A stretch of DNA of 63,594 bases, taken from an uncultured Methanosarcinales archaeon (GTDB lineage: Archaea > Nanobdellota > Nanobdellia > Woesearchaeales > CAZPJY01). Both the position numbers and the translations under genes were made by a program. The stretch lies in NCBI GenBank assembly GCA_964587045.1, contig CAZPJY010000003.1, positions 2,079-65,672 on the forward strand, in the 5' to 3' direction. Positions 18,666 to 27,337 of the stretch are shown here, in pieces. Each line of letters begins with the position of its first letter. Position 1 is the first letter of the stretch. Under the pieces are notes generated by a model. The model was given only the letters and a program-made list of their open reading frames with translations, searched no databases and had not been told where the DNA came from.

Positions 18666-18912
18666 GCTTGTCCGGCTTCTCATCCACTATATCTTTTACA
18701 AGCCTGTACACATACAGCAGGGAACCTGCCCAGAAGATGTAGCGGAAGCCCTGGAAGAGGAAGTGCCAGAAAAGCACGCTGCCCCCACAATCGCTCGCGC
18801 ACGACGCGTACCCTATCAGGTTGTCGACGACTGCCGAGCCTACCAGCCCGAAGAAGAAGAGTGTTACGACCATCATCATGAAATGGTACCTGAGGGAATC
18901 CATCAGCATCAT
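18637..18912 (-). CDS. small membrane protein
   Basis: 91 aa with two or three hydrophobic helices (MMMVVTLFFFGLVGSAVV, FWHFLFQGFRYIFWAGSLLYV). AT-rich promoter region shared with tRNA-Pro. Confidence 0.45.
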   Translation of the reverse strand: MMLMDSLRYHFMMMVVTLFFFGLVGSAVVDNLIGYASCASDCGGSVLFWHFLFQGFRYIFWAGSLLYVYRLVKDIVDEKPDKPIELGGLRY

Positions 18913-18946
18913 TGTGGCTGAGCATGTATAAAATTCTTGCCAAAAA

Positions 18947-18956
18947 GTATATTAAT
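18947..18956 (+). promoter_or_regulatory. TATA-like box upstream of the intron-containing tRNA
   Basis: GTATATTAAT is centred about 34 nt upstream of the tRNA 5' end at 18985. Confidence 0.35.
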
Positions 18957-18984
18957 GCGGCCGCTGTTCCTTGAGGCAGCACTC

Positions 18985-19107
18985 GGGGCCGTAGTGTAGC
19001 TTGGTCCATCATTCCAGGTCGGGGTTTCGTTGAGGTCAGCCCTCCCTTATGGGCTGCGACGATGAGACGGAAACCTGGCGACCGGGGTTCGAATCCCCGC
19101 GGCCCCA
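18985..19107 (+). tRNA. intron-containing tRNA, best read as tRNA-Pro (anticodon GGG; CGG not excluded)
   Basis: Acceptor GGGGCCG/CGGCCCC plus A73 (Pro-like). D loop has A14, G18G19, A21. Anticodon stem CCAGG/CCTGG encloses 55 nt. T arm CGGGG-TTCGAAT-CCCCG. Splicing at 37/38 gives the loop UCGGGGA. Confidence 0.75.
19025..19072 (+). other. tRNA intron (48 nt, canonical 37/38 position)
   Basis: Relaxed BHB: stem CCAGG/CCTGG, 3' bulge AA|A, central helix UCGG/ACGG (U.G, C-G, G-C, G.A), 5' bulge GG|U, then an intron helix. Internal hairpin CAGCCC...GGGCTG. Confidence 0.6.
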
Positions 19108-19188
19108 TCAAGTATTCTGGGTGGTACCGCCCTGAAAGTGATAGAAAACTATTTAAATGAGTGAACCTCTGGATTTCTCGGTGGTGGA

Positions 19189-20619
19189 ATGAGGTATCAC
19201 GCAATAGTAGTTGTTTTAATTTTTCTCCTGTCAGCTGCTGCTGTACAGGGCATCCTGATAGTGGACACAGAGCCGCTGAACGCCAACATTTTCCTCAACC
19301 AGTCCGCCACTTACAACGTAACCATCACTAACACTGACCGCAGCAACCCAAACATCTTCTCAATCTACACCCAAGACCCCCACTGGGTCTTGACGGCGAG
19401 CCCTAAGCTCACAAGTGTCGGGCCTGACAGCTCAGCAAGCACAGTAATCACGCTGAAGCCACTCGAAAGCCTGCCCAGCCGTTTGCAGGGAATCGAGCTT
19501 AGGGTCAAGTCGCACACCACGGACCAGCTGGTCTTACGGAGAATCCTCATCAACATCAAGCCTGACTCGCCCCCGCCTCCACAGGAGTACCTGCCGTCGC
19601 TCAAGGCGGTCGCAGAAGTCGACAACAACGGACAGGTCACGCCTGGTGGGGACCTGGTCCTGAGGCTTCACCTGACCAACAGGAACCCGAGAGTATATGA
19701 AACCATGCGGATACAAATCCTGGGCAAGCTGATGAGCGAGGATGTGACCATATCCCTCGCGGGACTGGAGGAGCGCACCAAGATCTTCACTAAGCATATC
19801 GGCCAGTTCGACCCTCCTCAAAAGGACGAGCTCACAGTGATTGTGAGTGCCGAAAACGAGACCCTTGCAACAATAGAGGACATCCCTGTCGAGATTGTCG
19901 AATACAGCCCGTTCTTCAACAAGGATAGATCCACAGACGCCAAGTTCCTCAAGACCACCAGCGAGATAATGCTCACGAACATCGGGAATGTGGTCCGCGA
20001 AGAGCAGATTAAGGTCAAGACGTCCTGGCTCAAGAACATCTTCACATCAGCAGAGCCAGAATCCAGCACCCTGATCGAAAGCGGTGACAGGTACCTGTCG
20101 TGGAAGATTCGCCTGAGGCCTGATGAGAGCGCGACCATAACTATCACGACCAACTACAGGAGCGTCTTTGCCTTCGTTGTCACAATTGTCGTCATCCTGG
20201 TGCTCTACCTGCTCCTGCGGAGCCCGGTAGTGATAAGGAAGGAAGCCATCAAGATAGGACGTGAGGAAGGCGGCATATCAGAGCTCAAAATCCTGATTTA
20301 CGTTAAGAACCGCACCCAAGGAAGGGTCAAGGCGGTCAGAATTCTTGACAAGGTACCATCGCTGGTCGACGTAATCGAAGACTCCTACTTAGGCTCCATC
20401 CAGCCGTCCCAGATCATCGTGAACGAGAAGCGCGGCACCAAGCTCGCCTGGGAGCTAGACCAGCTGGACGGGTTTGAGGAGAGGATTATCTCCTACCGCA
20501 TCAAGTCCAAGCTTTCCATAATCGGCGGATTCAGACTGCCGGCAGGTCAGGTGCAGTTCAGGTGGATGTCCATGAACAAGAGGACGGTCAGATCAAATTC
20601 CCTGCACGTTCTGGCGTAA
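19189..20619 (+). CDS. membrane-anchored extracellular protein (signal peptide, large ectodomain, one C-proximal TM helix)
   Basis: MRYHAIVVVLIFLLSAAAVQG signal. N-x-T/S-rich ectodomain. TM FAFVVTIVVILVLYLLL near residue 330. Confidence 0.6.
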   Translation: MRYHAIVVVLIFLLSAAAVQGILIVDTEPLNANIFLNQSATYNVTITNTDRSNPNIFSIYTQDPHWVLTASPKLTSVGPDSSASTVITLKPLESLPSRLQGIELRVKSHTTDQLVLRRILINIKPDSPPPPQEYLPSLKAVAEVDNNGQVTPGGDLVLRLHLTNRNPRVYETMRIQILGKLMSEDVTISLAGLEERTKIFTKHIGQFDPPQKDELTVIVSAENETLATIEDIPVEIVEYSPFFNKDRSTDAKFLKTTSEIMLTNIGNVVREEQIKVKTSWLKNIFTSAEPESSTLIESGDRYLSWKIRLRPDESATITITTNYRSVFAFVVTIVVILVLYLLLRSPVVIRKEAIKIGREEGGISELKILIYVKNRTQGRVKAVRILDKVPSLVDVIEDSYLGSIQPSQIIVNEKRGTKLAWELDQLDGFEERIISYRIKSKLSIIGGFRLPAGQVQFRWMSMNKRTVRSNSLHVLA

Positions 20620-20620
20620 A

Positions 20621-20630
20621 CTATTTAAAG
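20621..20630 (+). promoter_or_regulatory. TATA box for tRNA-Tyr
   Basis: CTATTTAAAG is centred about 29 nt upstream of the tRNA 5' end at 20655. Confidence 0.5.
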
Positions 20631-20654
20631 AGCTTGAGATACCTCCAGCATTAG

Positions 20655-20777
20655 CCCCACGTAGCTCAATTGGCTAGAGCGTTCGGCTGTAGATTCTCGC
20701 TGACGTACCCTGCGGGTAAGGATGACTGCGAGACAGCTGAAACCGAAAGGTTCCTGGTTCAAGTCCGGGCGTGGGGA
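20655..20777 (+). tRNA. tRNA-Tyr (anticodon GUA), intron-containing
   Basis: C1-G72 pair (CCCCACG/CGTGGGG) plus A73, the archaeal/eukaryal Tyr identity set. Anticodon stem TTCGG/CCGAA. Loop CTGTAG|intron|A. T arm CCTGG-TTCAAGT-CCGGG. Confidence 0.9.
20693..20741 (+). other. tRNA intron (49 nt, 37/38)
   Basis: Lies between G37 (20692) and A38 (20742). 3' junction is GAA|ACC, as in the Pro tRNA. Contains CTGA, hairpin ACCC-TGC-GGGT, GGATGA, an 11-nt spacer and CTGA. Confidence 0.8.
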
Positions 20778-20779
20778 CC

Positions 20780-20785
20780 TTTTTT
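20780..20785 (+). terminator. oligo-T stretch after tRNA-Tyr
   Basis: A T6 run starts 3 nt after the discriminator base. Oligo-T is the usual archaeal termination signal. Confidence 0.5.
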
Positions 20786-20936
20786 GTATGATACTATATT
20801 ATTGAGGGTAATCAAGCTCAAATCACCGCAATCTTTATAAACCCCTACGAAATCCCCCTGACAGATGCGGGTCAGGACTTTCTATTATAATAAGCGTGTA
20901 TGACACGTCCGGGATATAGAAAGACCGCTGTCAGCT

Positions 20937-21011
20937 GCCCTGGTAGTGTAGTTCGGCCTATCATGAAGCCCTGTCGAGGCTTCGACCCGGGTTCGAATCC
21001 CGGCCAGGGCG
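20937..21011 (+). tRNA. tRNA-Asp (anticodon GUC)
   Basis: Acceptor GCCCTGG/CCAGGGC plus G73, anticodon arm AAGCC-CTGTCGA-GGCTT, T arm CCGGG-TTCGAAT-CCCGG. 75 nt. Confidence 0.9.
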
Positions 21012-21016
21012 TATAT

Positions 21017-21125
21017 GGGCCGGTAGCTCAGCCTGGTAGAGCACTCGGCTTTTAACCGAGTGGTCGCGGGTTCGAACCAGGGCGCTGGCGAAATGCTGGC
21101 CCTTGAGAAAGTCCCGTCCGGCCCA
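21017..21125 (+). tRNA. tRNA-Lys (anticodon UUU) with an intron in the T-loop
   Basis: 5' part is canonical (GGGCCGG TA GCTC AGCCTGGTA GAGC A CTCGG CTTTTAA CCGAG TGGTC GCGGG TTCGAA). The matching T-stem and acceptor 3' strands (CCCGT CCGGCCC A) appear only after a 35-nt insert. Starts 5 nt after tRNA-Asp. Confidence 0.8.
21077..21111 (+). other. non-canonical tRNA intron (35 nt, between positions 59 and 60)
   Basis: BHB: T-stem GCGGG/CCCGT, 3' bulge AG|T, 4-bp helix TTCG/AGAA (3 WC + G.A), 5' bulge AA|C, intron helix CAGGG/CCTTG. Confidence 0.7.
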
Positions 21126-21148
21126 TTCATGATATCGAGGGGAAATCC

Positions 21149-21409
21149 ATGAGACGAAAAATAAAAGTCGCAAGCCACGTGCTCATGCCCAAGCACGAGA
21201 AGCTGAGCGAGAAGGCGAAAAACGATCTTCTTAATACATACAACATCACTGAAACGGAGCTGCCGGAAATACTGATTACGGACCCAGCCATTATAAACAT
21301 GAAGCCTTCTGTCGGCGATGTGATAAGGATTACCCGCAACAGCCCAACAGCAGGGACCACCTACTTCTACAGGTGCGTCAAGGAAAACAAAGGTGTCAAA
21401 TATGAATAG
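21149..21409 (+). CDS. rpoH: DNA-directed RNA polymerase subunit H (Rpb5 homologue)
   Basis: 86 aa. HVLMPKHEKLSEKAKNDLL...GDVIRITRNSPTAGTTYFYRCV is the RpoH core. First gene of the rpoH-B-A operon. Confidence 0.9.
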   Translation: MRRKIKVASHVLMPKHEKLSEKAKNDLLNTYNITETELPEILITDPAIINMKPSVGDVIRITRNSPTAGTTYFYRCVKENKGVKYE

Positions 21410-22889
21410 AAACGCGCGCGTTCTCCTCGGAAACTACTTCAGGCAGCAGAGCATCGTGTCCTCAGACATCGAGTCCTTCAACAACTTCGTCGAGAACGAG
21501 CTCCAGAAGATCATCGATGAGAACAGGGAGATAGAGCCCACCATCATCCCGCAGAACATCGACGAGTTCAAGATCAGGCTCGACAAGATCTGGGTCACCA
21601 AGCCCGAGATAACCGAAGCCGACGGCTCCAAGAGGAGCATATTCCCCGTCGAGGCTAGACTCCGTAAGATATCTTACTCAGCGCCTATCTTCATCGAAGC
21701 CAGCTCCCACATCAACGGAATCCAGAGGGAGAGCTTCACCACGCAGATAGGGAACCTACCAATAATGCTCAAGAGCAACTTCTGCCATCTCTCAAAACTA
21801 TCGCGGGAGGAGCTGATCAAGCAGGGTGAGGACCCAGACGACCTGGGAGGGTATTTCATCATCAACGGAACTGAGAAAGTGCTGATCAACATCGAAGACC
21901 TGGCGTCAAACAAGCTGATGGTCGTCAAGGAGACTTCAGGCGTGTCACAGTATTCTGGCAAGCTCTTCTCCGAGAGGGGATCCTTCAAGATACCGCACAC
22001 CGTTGAAAAGATGAAGGACGGCATCTACTACCTCTCATTCACCAGGGTCAAGAGGGTCCCGATAATCTACGTGATAAAGGCGCTCGGGCTGACCAAGGAT
22101 GAGGAGATCATGAAGTTCGTATCCGACAAGGAACAGTATGACGGCGTGCTGATCAACCTGTTCGAGTTCGCGAACGTTAAGACCGAGGATGACGCCCTCG
22201 ACCTCCTGGCAAAGAAGATAGGCATCGCACAGGCCAAGGAGATAAGGATCGAGAGGATGAAGGAGATCCTGGACAAGTACCTGCTGCCGCATCTCGGCAT
22301 AACACCTCAGGACAGGATCTACAAGGCGTACAACCTGTGCAAGATATTCAAGAATTTCATACTCGTGTCCGACGGCAGGGCGCCCCAGGACGACAAAGAC
22401 CATTACATGAACAAGAGGCTGAAGCTCTCAGGCGACCTATTATCCGACCTCTTCAGGGTGAACCTCAAGGTGCTGATAGGAGATCTGCTCTACAACTTCC
22501 AAAGGATTGTGAAGAGGGGAAAATTCCCGTCTATAAAGGTCATCATCAGGGACCAGCTGCTGACGAGCAGGATATACAGCTCGATGGCCACAGGCTCCTG
22601 GGTTGGCGGCAGGAAGGGCATCAGCCAGAGGATCCAGAGGCTGAATTTCCTGGAGACGGTCTCCCACCTCCAGCGCGTCGTCTCGCCGCTGTCGGCTTCG
22701 CAGGAGAACTTCGAGGCGAGGGAGCTGCATCCCACCCATCTCGGAAGGCTCTGCCCTATCGAGACTCCGGAAGGGACCAACATAGGACTCAGGAAGAACC
22801 TGTCAATGTTGGCTGACGTTTCGCTTGAGAGCGACGAGGAATCAGCGATGAGAAGCCTGAAAGGAATAGGCCTCAAGCCGGTGCTGTAG
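21402..22889 (+). CDS. rpoB2: DNA-directed RNA polymerase subunit B'' (N-terminal half of B)
   Basis: Homologous to the Rpb2 N-terminal half (protrusion/lobe/fork). Split B''/B' layout. ATG 21402 overlaps the rpoH stop; the ORF track starts at GTG 21393. Confidence 0.9.
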   Translation: MNRNARVLLGNYFRQQSIVSSDIESFNNFVENELQKIIDENREIEPTIIPQNIDEFKIRLDKIWVTKPEITEADGSKRSIFPVEARLRKISYSAPIFIEASSHINGIQRESFTTQIGNLPIMLKSNFCHLSKLSREELIKQGEDPDDLGGYFIINGTEKVLINIEDLASNKLMVVKETSGVSQYSGKLFSERGSFKIPHTVEKMKDGIYYLSFTRVKRVPIIYVIKALGLTKDEEIMKFVSDKEQYDGVLINLFEFANVKTEDDALDLLAKKIGIAQAKEIRIERMKEILDKYLLPHLGITPQDRIYKAYNLCKIFKNFILVSDGRAPQDDKDHYMNKRLKLSGDLLSDLFRVNLKVLIGDLLYNFQRIVKRGKFPSIKVIIRDQLLTSRIYSSMATGSWVGGRKGISQRIQRLNFLETVSHLQRVVSPLSASQENFEARELHPTHLGRLCPIETPEGTNIGLRKNLSMLADVSLESDEESAMRSLKGIGLKPVL

Positions 22890-22895
22890 GTGATT

Positions 22896-24701
22896 ATGAT
22901 GGACGAAGTGTACCTAAACGGCAAATTTGTCGGAAGCGTTGAAGACGGAAGGGAGCTCAAGGAGAAATTCATCGCCGAGCGGAGGAAGGGCAAGATTGAG
23001 AGCAATCTCAGCATCTACCTAAACGAGAACTCAGGCCAGATCTTCATCGAAGGCTCCAAGGGCAGGGTGAGGCGACCAGTCATCGTCGTGAAGAACGGAC
23101 AGTCCACACTCACCGAGCGGCATGTCAACCAGCTCGAGAAGGGAGAGACCACCTGGGCTGACATCGTCAGGGAGGGCGTGATAGAATACATCGACGCAGC
23201 AGAGGAGGAGAACTCGCTCATAGCCTTCTTCGAAAAAGACCTCACCAAGGACCATACACACTTGGAGATAACGCCGCTCGCGATGCTCGGCGTCTGCACA
23301 GCTCTGGTACCTTATGGAAACTACAACCAGTCCACACGCCTCAACGCAGGCTCAAAGAACCAAAAGCAGGCGCTGGGGTTCTACGCTGCCAACTTCGAAG
23401 TGAGGATGGACATGGATGTAAACATCCTCCACAGCCCTCAAAAGCCCATCGTCACAACCCAAATGTACGACCTGGCAAACTACAACCAGCACCCGGCAGG
23501 CCAGAACCTGGTTGTCGCCGTCATGAGCTACAAGGGCTACAACATGGAGGACGCCATCGTGATAAACAAGGCCTCGATCGAGAGGGGGCTTGGTAGGAGC
23601 ACCTACTACAGGCCGTCGATAGCAGAGGAGTTGAGGTACTCTGGCGGGCTGACCGACGAGGTCTGCATCCCAGACAAGGACGTCAAGGGCTACAAGTCCG
23701 AGCGCGACTACAGGTACCTTGAAGAAGACGGCATAATCTACGTCGGCGCAAAGGTAGAGGAAGGGGATGTGATAATCGGCAAGACGTCACCCCCTAGATT
23801 CCTGTCCAGCCTCGACGAATACAACCTGACATCTAGCAACAGGCGTGAGTCGTCAGTCGCGCTGCTGCACGGCGAGCAGGGCGTTATTGATTTCGTTCTG
23901 CTAACCGAGAACGTTGAGGGTAACAAGCTGGTCCAGGTGAGGATACGCGACCAGCGTATCCCTGAGATCGGGGATAAGTTCACCTCGAGGCACGGCCAGA
24001 AGGGAGTCGTTGGGCTGATAGTCCCGCAGTCTGATATGCCTTTCACCACATCCGGTGTCATACCCGACCTCGTATTCTCCCCACACGGCATCCCATCACG
24101 GATGACCGTCGCCCACCTGATAGAGCTGATCGGCGGTAAGGTCGGAGCCTTGGCTGGGCGTTACATCGACGGGACCACTTTCGATTCTGAGCCCGAAATG
24201 GCGCTTCGGGAAGAGCTGCTATCGCTCGGCTTCCGGGAGGACGGCAGGGAGACCATGTACGACGGCGTGACAGGCGAGATATACGAGGCTAAGATATTCG
24301 TCGGGAGCATGTACTATCTCAAGCTCAAGCATATGGTTGCAAACAAGATCCACTCGAGAGGACGCGGTCCGATCCAGCTGCTGACAAGGCAGCCGACCGA
24401 AGGCCGCGCCAAGGAAGGAGGGCTCCGCCTCGGTGAGATGGAGAAGGACACCTTCGTCGCGCACGGCGCAAGCCTGCTGCTCAAGGAGCGTTTCGACTCC
24501 GACAAGACCATAGTTCCTGTATGCGAGACATGCGGCACCATCGCTGTCCATGACGAGTTCAAGAACAGGTCGTACTGCCCGAGCTGCGGCGACAACACAG
24601 ACATCTCATACATTGAGATGGCTTACGCATTCAAACTGATAATGGACGAATTCAAATCGCTTGGCGTGCTGCCGACGATGCAGCTGCGCAACAAGTTTTA
24701 G
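22896..24701 (+). CDS. rpoB1: DNA-directed RNA polymerase subunit B' (C-terminal half of B)
   Basis: GDKFTSRHGQKGV, RMTVAHLIE, GEMEKD motifs and a C-terminal zinc ribbon CETCG...CPSCG. First ATG at 22896; GTG at 22890 is also possible. Confidence 0.9.
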   Translation: MMDEVYLNGKFVGSVEDGRELKEKFIAERRKGKIESNLSIYLNENSGQIFIEGSKGRVRRPVIVVKNGQSTLTERHVNQLEKGETTWADIVREGVIEYIDAAEEENSLIAFFEKDLTKDHTHLEITPLAMLGVCTALVPYGNYNQSTRLNAGSKNQKQALGFYAANFEVRMDMDVNILHSPQKPIVTTQMYDLANYNQHPAGQNLVVAVMSYKGYNMEDAIVINKASIERGLGRSTYYRPSIAEELRYSGGLTDEVCIPDKDVKGYKSERDYRYLEEDGIIYVGAKVEEGDVIIGKTSPPRFLSSLDEYNLTSSNRRESSVALLHGEQGVIDFVLLTENVEGNKLVQVRIRDQRIPEIGDKFTSRHGQKGVVGLIVPQSDMPFTTSGVIPDLVFSPHGIPSRMTVAHLIELIGGKVGALAGRYIDGTTFDSEPEMALREELLSLGFREDGRETMYDGVTGEIYEAKIFVGSMYYLKLKHMVANKIHSRGRGPIQLLTRQPTEGRAKEGGLRLGEMEKDTFVAHGASLLLKERFDSDKTIVPVCETCGTIAVHDEFKNRSYCPSCGDNTDISYIEMAYAFKLIMDEFKSLGVLPTMQLRNKF

Positions 24702-24712
24702 GAGGAAGCACG

Positions 24713-27337
24713 ATGGAAGAAGACATGAGACGGATCGTGCACAAGCAGGTCGACACCCTGGTTTTCGGAATACTGTCACCAAAACACATCAAGAAGATGG
24801 CAGCGGCCAAGATTGTGACGCCCGAGCTTTACGACAAGGAGGGCTACCCGGTCGACGGTGGACTCATGGATATCAGGCTCGGCGTGATAGATCCAGGACT
24901 GAGATGCAAGACCTGCGGGAGCAAACTCAAGGAATGCCCAGGACACTTCGGCTACATAGAGCTGGCAAGACCGGTATTCCACGTCAAGCTCATCGCAATC
25001 ATCCTAGACCTGCTAAGGATGACATGCAATGACTGCGGCAGGGTGCTGCTACCGCAGAACAAGATCGGACGCATAAAGAACATGCTCGACAAGCTCCCAA
25101 CAGGAAATGATATAACCGCGCGGCGTAAAGCCGTAAAGGAGCTGATGGGTAAGCTCAAGAGCGCAAGCAAGTGCCCTCACTGCAACTTCAAGCAGATTAA
25201 GATAATGCTCGACAAGCCCACAACCCTCATGGAGGGAGAGAAGAGGCTGTCCCCAATCGAGGTACGGGCGAGGCTGGAGAAGATCAGCGATGACGACCTG
25301 GAGTTGATAGGCTTCTCGCCGAAGCATTTCAGGCCCGAGTGGGCAGTGCTCACCATACTCGCAATTCCGCCGGTTACCATGAGGCCGTCGATCACCCTCG
25401 AATCGGGCGAGAGGAGCGAAGACGACCTGACCCACAAGCTCGGCGACATCGTGAGAATCAACCAGAGGCTGTTCGAGAACATCAACGCCGGTGCGCCGGA
25501 GATCATCATCGAGGACCTTTGGGACCTTCTCCAGTACCACGTTACAACCTTCTTCGACAACGACATCGCCCAGCTCCCTCCGGCGAGGCACAGGAGCGGC
25601 CAGCCCCTCAAGACCCTGACCGCCAGGATCAAGTCCAAGGAGGGAAGGATCAGGCACAACCTGGCAGGCAAGAGGACCAACTTCTCCGCAAGGACCGTCA
25701 TCTCTCCCGACCCAATGCTGAACCTCAACGAGGTCGGCGTGCCTATGGTCGTGGCCATGAAGCTAACCGTTCCAGAGCAGGTGACTCCCTGGAACCTTGA
25801 GTACTTAAGGGAGTTCGTCAAGAAGGGCCCCAAGGAATACCCGGGCGCCAACTACATCGTGAGGCCTGACGGCAAGAAGAAGAAGATAGCGGATGACACG
25901 TGGGAGCAGTGCATCGAAGAGCTTGAGCCGGGCTATACGGTAGAGAGGCATCTCCTCGACGGTGACATTGCGATTTTCAACAGGCAACCTTCACTCCACA
26001 GGATGAGCATGATGTGCCACAAGGTCAAGGTCCTGCCTTATAAGACTTTCAGGCTGAACCCTGCCGTATGCGCGCCTTACAACGCGGACTTCGACGGGGA
26101 CGAGATGAACCTGCACATTCCCCAGACCGAGGAGGCGCGAGCCGAGGCCGAGATCCTGATGGAGGTCCAGACACAGCTCATCTCGCCTCGCTACGGCCTG
26201 TCCATTATCTCATGCAACGAGGACGCCATCAGTGGCAACTACGTCCTCACCAAGGAAGTCCACGTGCCGAGGCACATAGCCCTGGACCTGCTGGTCAAGG
26301 CCGGATTCAAGGACTTCTCCAGGCTGCCAAGGAAGGAAACCATCAGCGGCAAGGAGATCTTCTCGATGGCCCTCCCCGAGGACTTCGAGTTCGAAGGCTA
26401 CTCCAAGGCGTGCAAGGACAACGTCGACCACAAGAAGCTCAAGACCGACTCCTACATCCTGATCAAGAAGGGCATGCTCCTCAACGGGGTCGTTGACAAG
26501 AGCGTGCTGGGATCCGGCTCAGGACTGCTCATCAGGACCATACACAAGAAGTACGGATCCGAAAAGACCCTCGAGGTGCTCAACAAGATATACCGGCTTG
26601 GGTTAGGGACCCTCCTGCTTAAGGGGTTCTCGACCTCGACATCAGACCTCGACATACCCAACGAGGCGACCAACAAGGTCAAGGCGATCGTCGAGCAGGC
26701 TTACAACGAAGTGGAGGACCTGATAAACCAGTACGAGACCCGCACGCTCGAGGCTTTCCCCGGGATGAGCCTGGACGAGACCTTAGAGAGGAAGATACTC
26801 GAGGTGCTGAACAAGGCCAGAAACGATGCGGGCAATGTCGTCATGGCCAATGTCGACCTCAATTCCAACACGCTCAAGATCGTCCAGAGCGGGGCAAAGG
26901 GGAGCTCCATCCACATCGCGCAGATGACAGCCATCGTCGGACAGCAGGCGATGAGGGGAAAGAGAATCCAGAAAGGCTACTATGAAAGGACGCTGTCGCA
27001 CTTCAGGAAGGGAGACCTGCGCCCAGCTGCGCACGGTTTCATCAGGAACTCATTCCGGCAAGGCCTCTCCCCATCTGAGTTCTTCTTCATGGGCATGACC
27101 GGACGTGACAGCTTGATGGACACCGCGCTCCGCACTCCCAAGAGCGGTTACCTCTACAGGCGCCTGGCCAACGCTATGCAGGACCTCAAAGTCGAGTATG
27201 ACAGCACTGTGAGGGATGCAGCAGGAAAGATTGTTCAGTTCCAGTACGGAGAGGATTCAATCGACGTATCCCGCTCGGAGAACGGCAGGGTCAACGTTCA
27301 AAACATTATCGATTCCGTGACAGGTGGTTCAAGATGA
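24713..27337 (+). CDS. rpoA1: DNA-directed RNA polymerase subunit A'
   Basis: Zinc motifs [16 protein letters not shown] and CNDCG. Catalytic loop [11 protein letters not shown]. 874 aa. Confidence 0.95.
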   Translation: MEEDMRRIVHKQVDTLVFGILSPKHIKKMAAAKIVTPELYDKEGYPVDGGLMDIRLGVIDPGLRCKTCGSKLKECPGHFGYIELARPVFHVKLIAIILDLLRMTCNDCGRVLLPQNKIGRIKNMLDKLPTGNDITARRKAVKELMGKLKSASKCPHCNFKQIKIMLDKPTTLMEGEKRLSPIEVRARLEKISDDDLELIGFSPKHFRPEWAVLTILAIPPVTMRPSITLESGERSEDDLTHKLGDIVRINQRLFENINAGAPEIIIEDLWDLLQYHVTTFFDNDIAQLPPARHRSGQPLKTLTARIKSKEGRIRHNLAGKRTNFSARTVISPDPMLNLNEVGVPMVVAMKLTVPEQVTPWNLEYLREFVKKGPKEYPGANYIVRPDGKKKKIADDTWEQCIEELEPGYTVERHLLDGDIAIFNRQPSLHRMSMMCHKVKVLPYKTFRLNPAVCAPYNADFDGDEMNLHIPQTEEARAEAEILMEVQTQLISPRYGLSIISCNEDAISGNYVLTKEVHVPRHIALDLLVKAGFKDFSRLPRKETISGKEIFSMALPEDFEFEGYSKACKDNVDHKKLKTDSYILIKKGMLLNGVVDKSVLGSGSGLLIRTIHKKYGSEKTLEVLNKIYRLGLGTLLLKGFSTSTSDLDIPNEATNKVKAIVEQAYNEVEDLINQYETRTLEAFPGMSLDETLERKILEVLNKARNDAGNVVMANVDLNSNTLKIVQSGAKGSSIHIAQMTAIVGQQAMRGKRIQKGYYERTLSHFRKGDLRPAAHGFIRNSFRQGLSPSEFFFMGMTGRDSLMDTALRTPKSGYLYRRLANAMQDLKVEYDSTVRDAAGKIVQFQYGEDSIDVSRSENGRVNVQNIIDSVTGGSR

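Noticed and set aside
20693-20741. Tyr intron as a functional box C/D methylation guide for its own anticodon loop.
   Set aside because: No 5' box C (RUGAUGA) is present. The 11-nt spacer pairs with the exon only as split CTG and TCTCGC segments, not as the contiguous duplex needed to guide 2'-O-methylation. Only the K-turn-like layout is reported.
20786-20936. Spacer between tRNA-Tyr and tRNA-Asp, with the hairpin CCTGAC-AGATGCGG-GTCAGG and ATGATAC/CTGA-like words, considered as a possible box C/D sRNA.
   Set aside because: The boxes do not match RUGAUGA/CUGA in the right order or spacing. It is more likely promoter and leader of the Asp-Lys tRNA pair.
21077-21111. tRNA-Lys read as a truncated pseudogene or att remnant. 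The T-arm is followed by CCAGGGCG, identical to the last 8 nt of the upstream tRNA-Asp, and by an acceptor-like CTGGCCC.
   Set aside because: A perfect T-stem 3' strand, acceptor 3' strand and discriminator follow 35 nt later. The insert also forms a symmetric bulge-helix-bulge. An intron explains everything, and the 8-mer match is probably chance, though it was noted.
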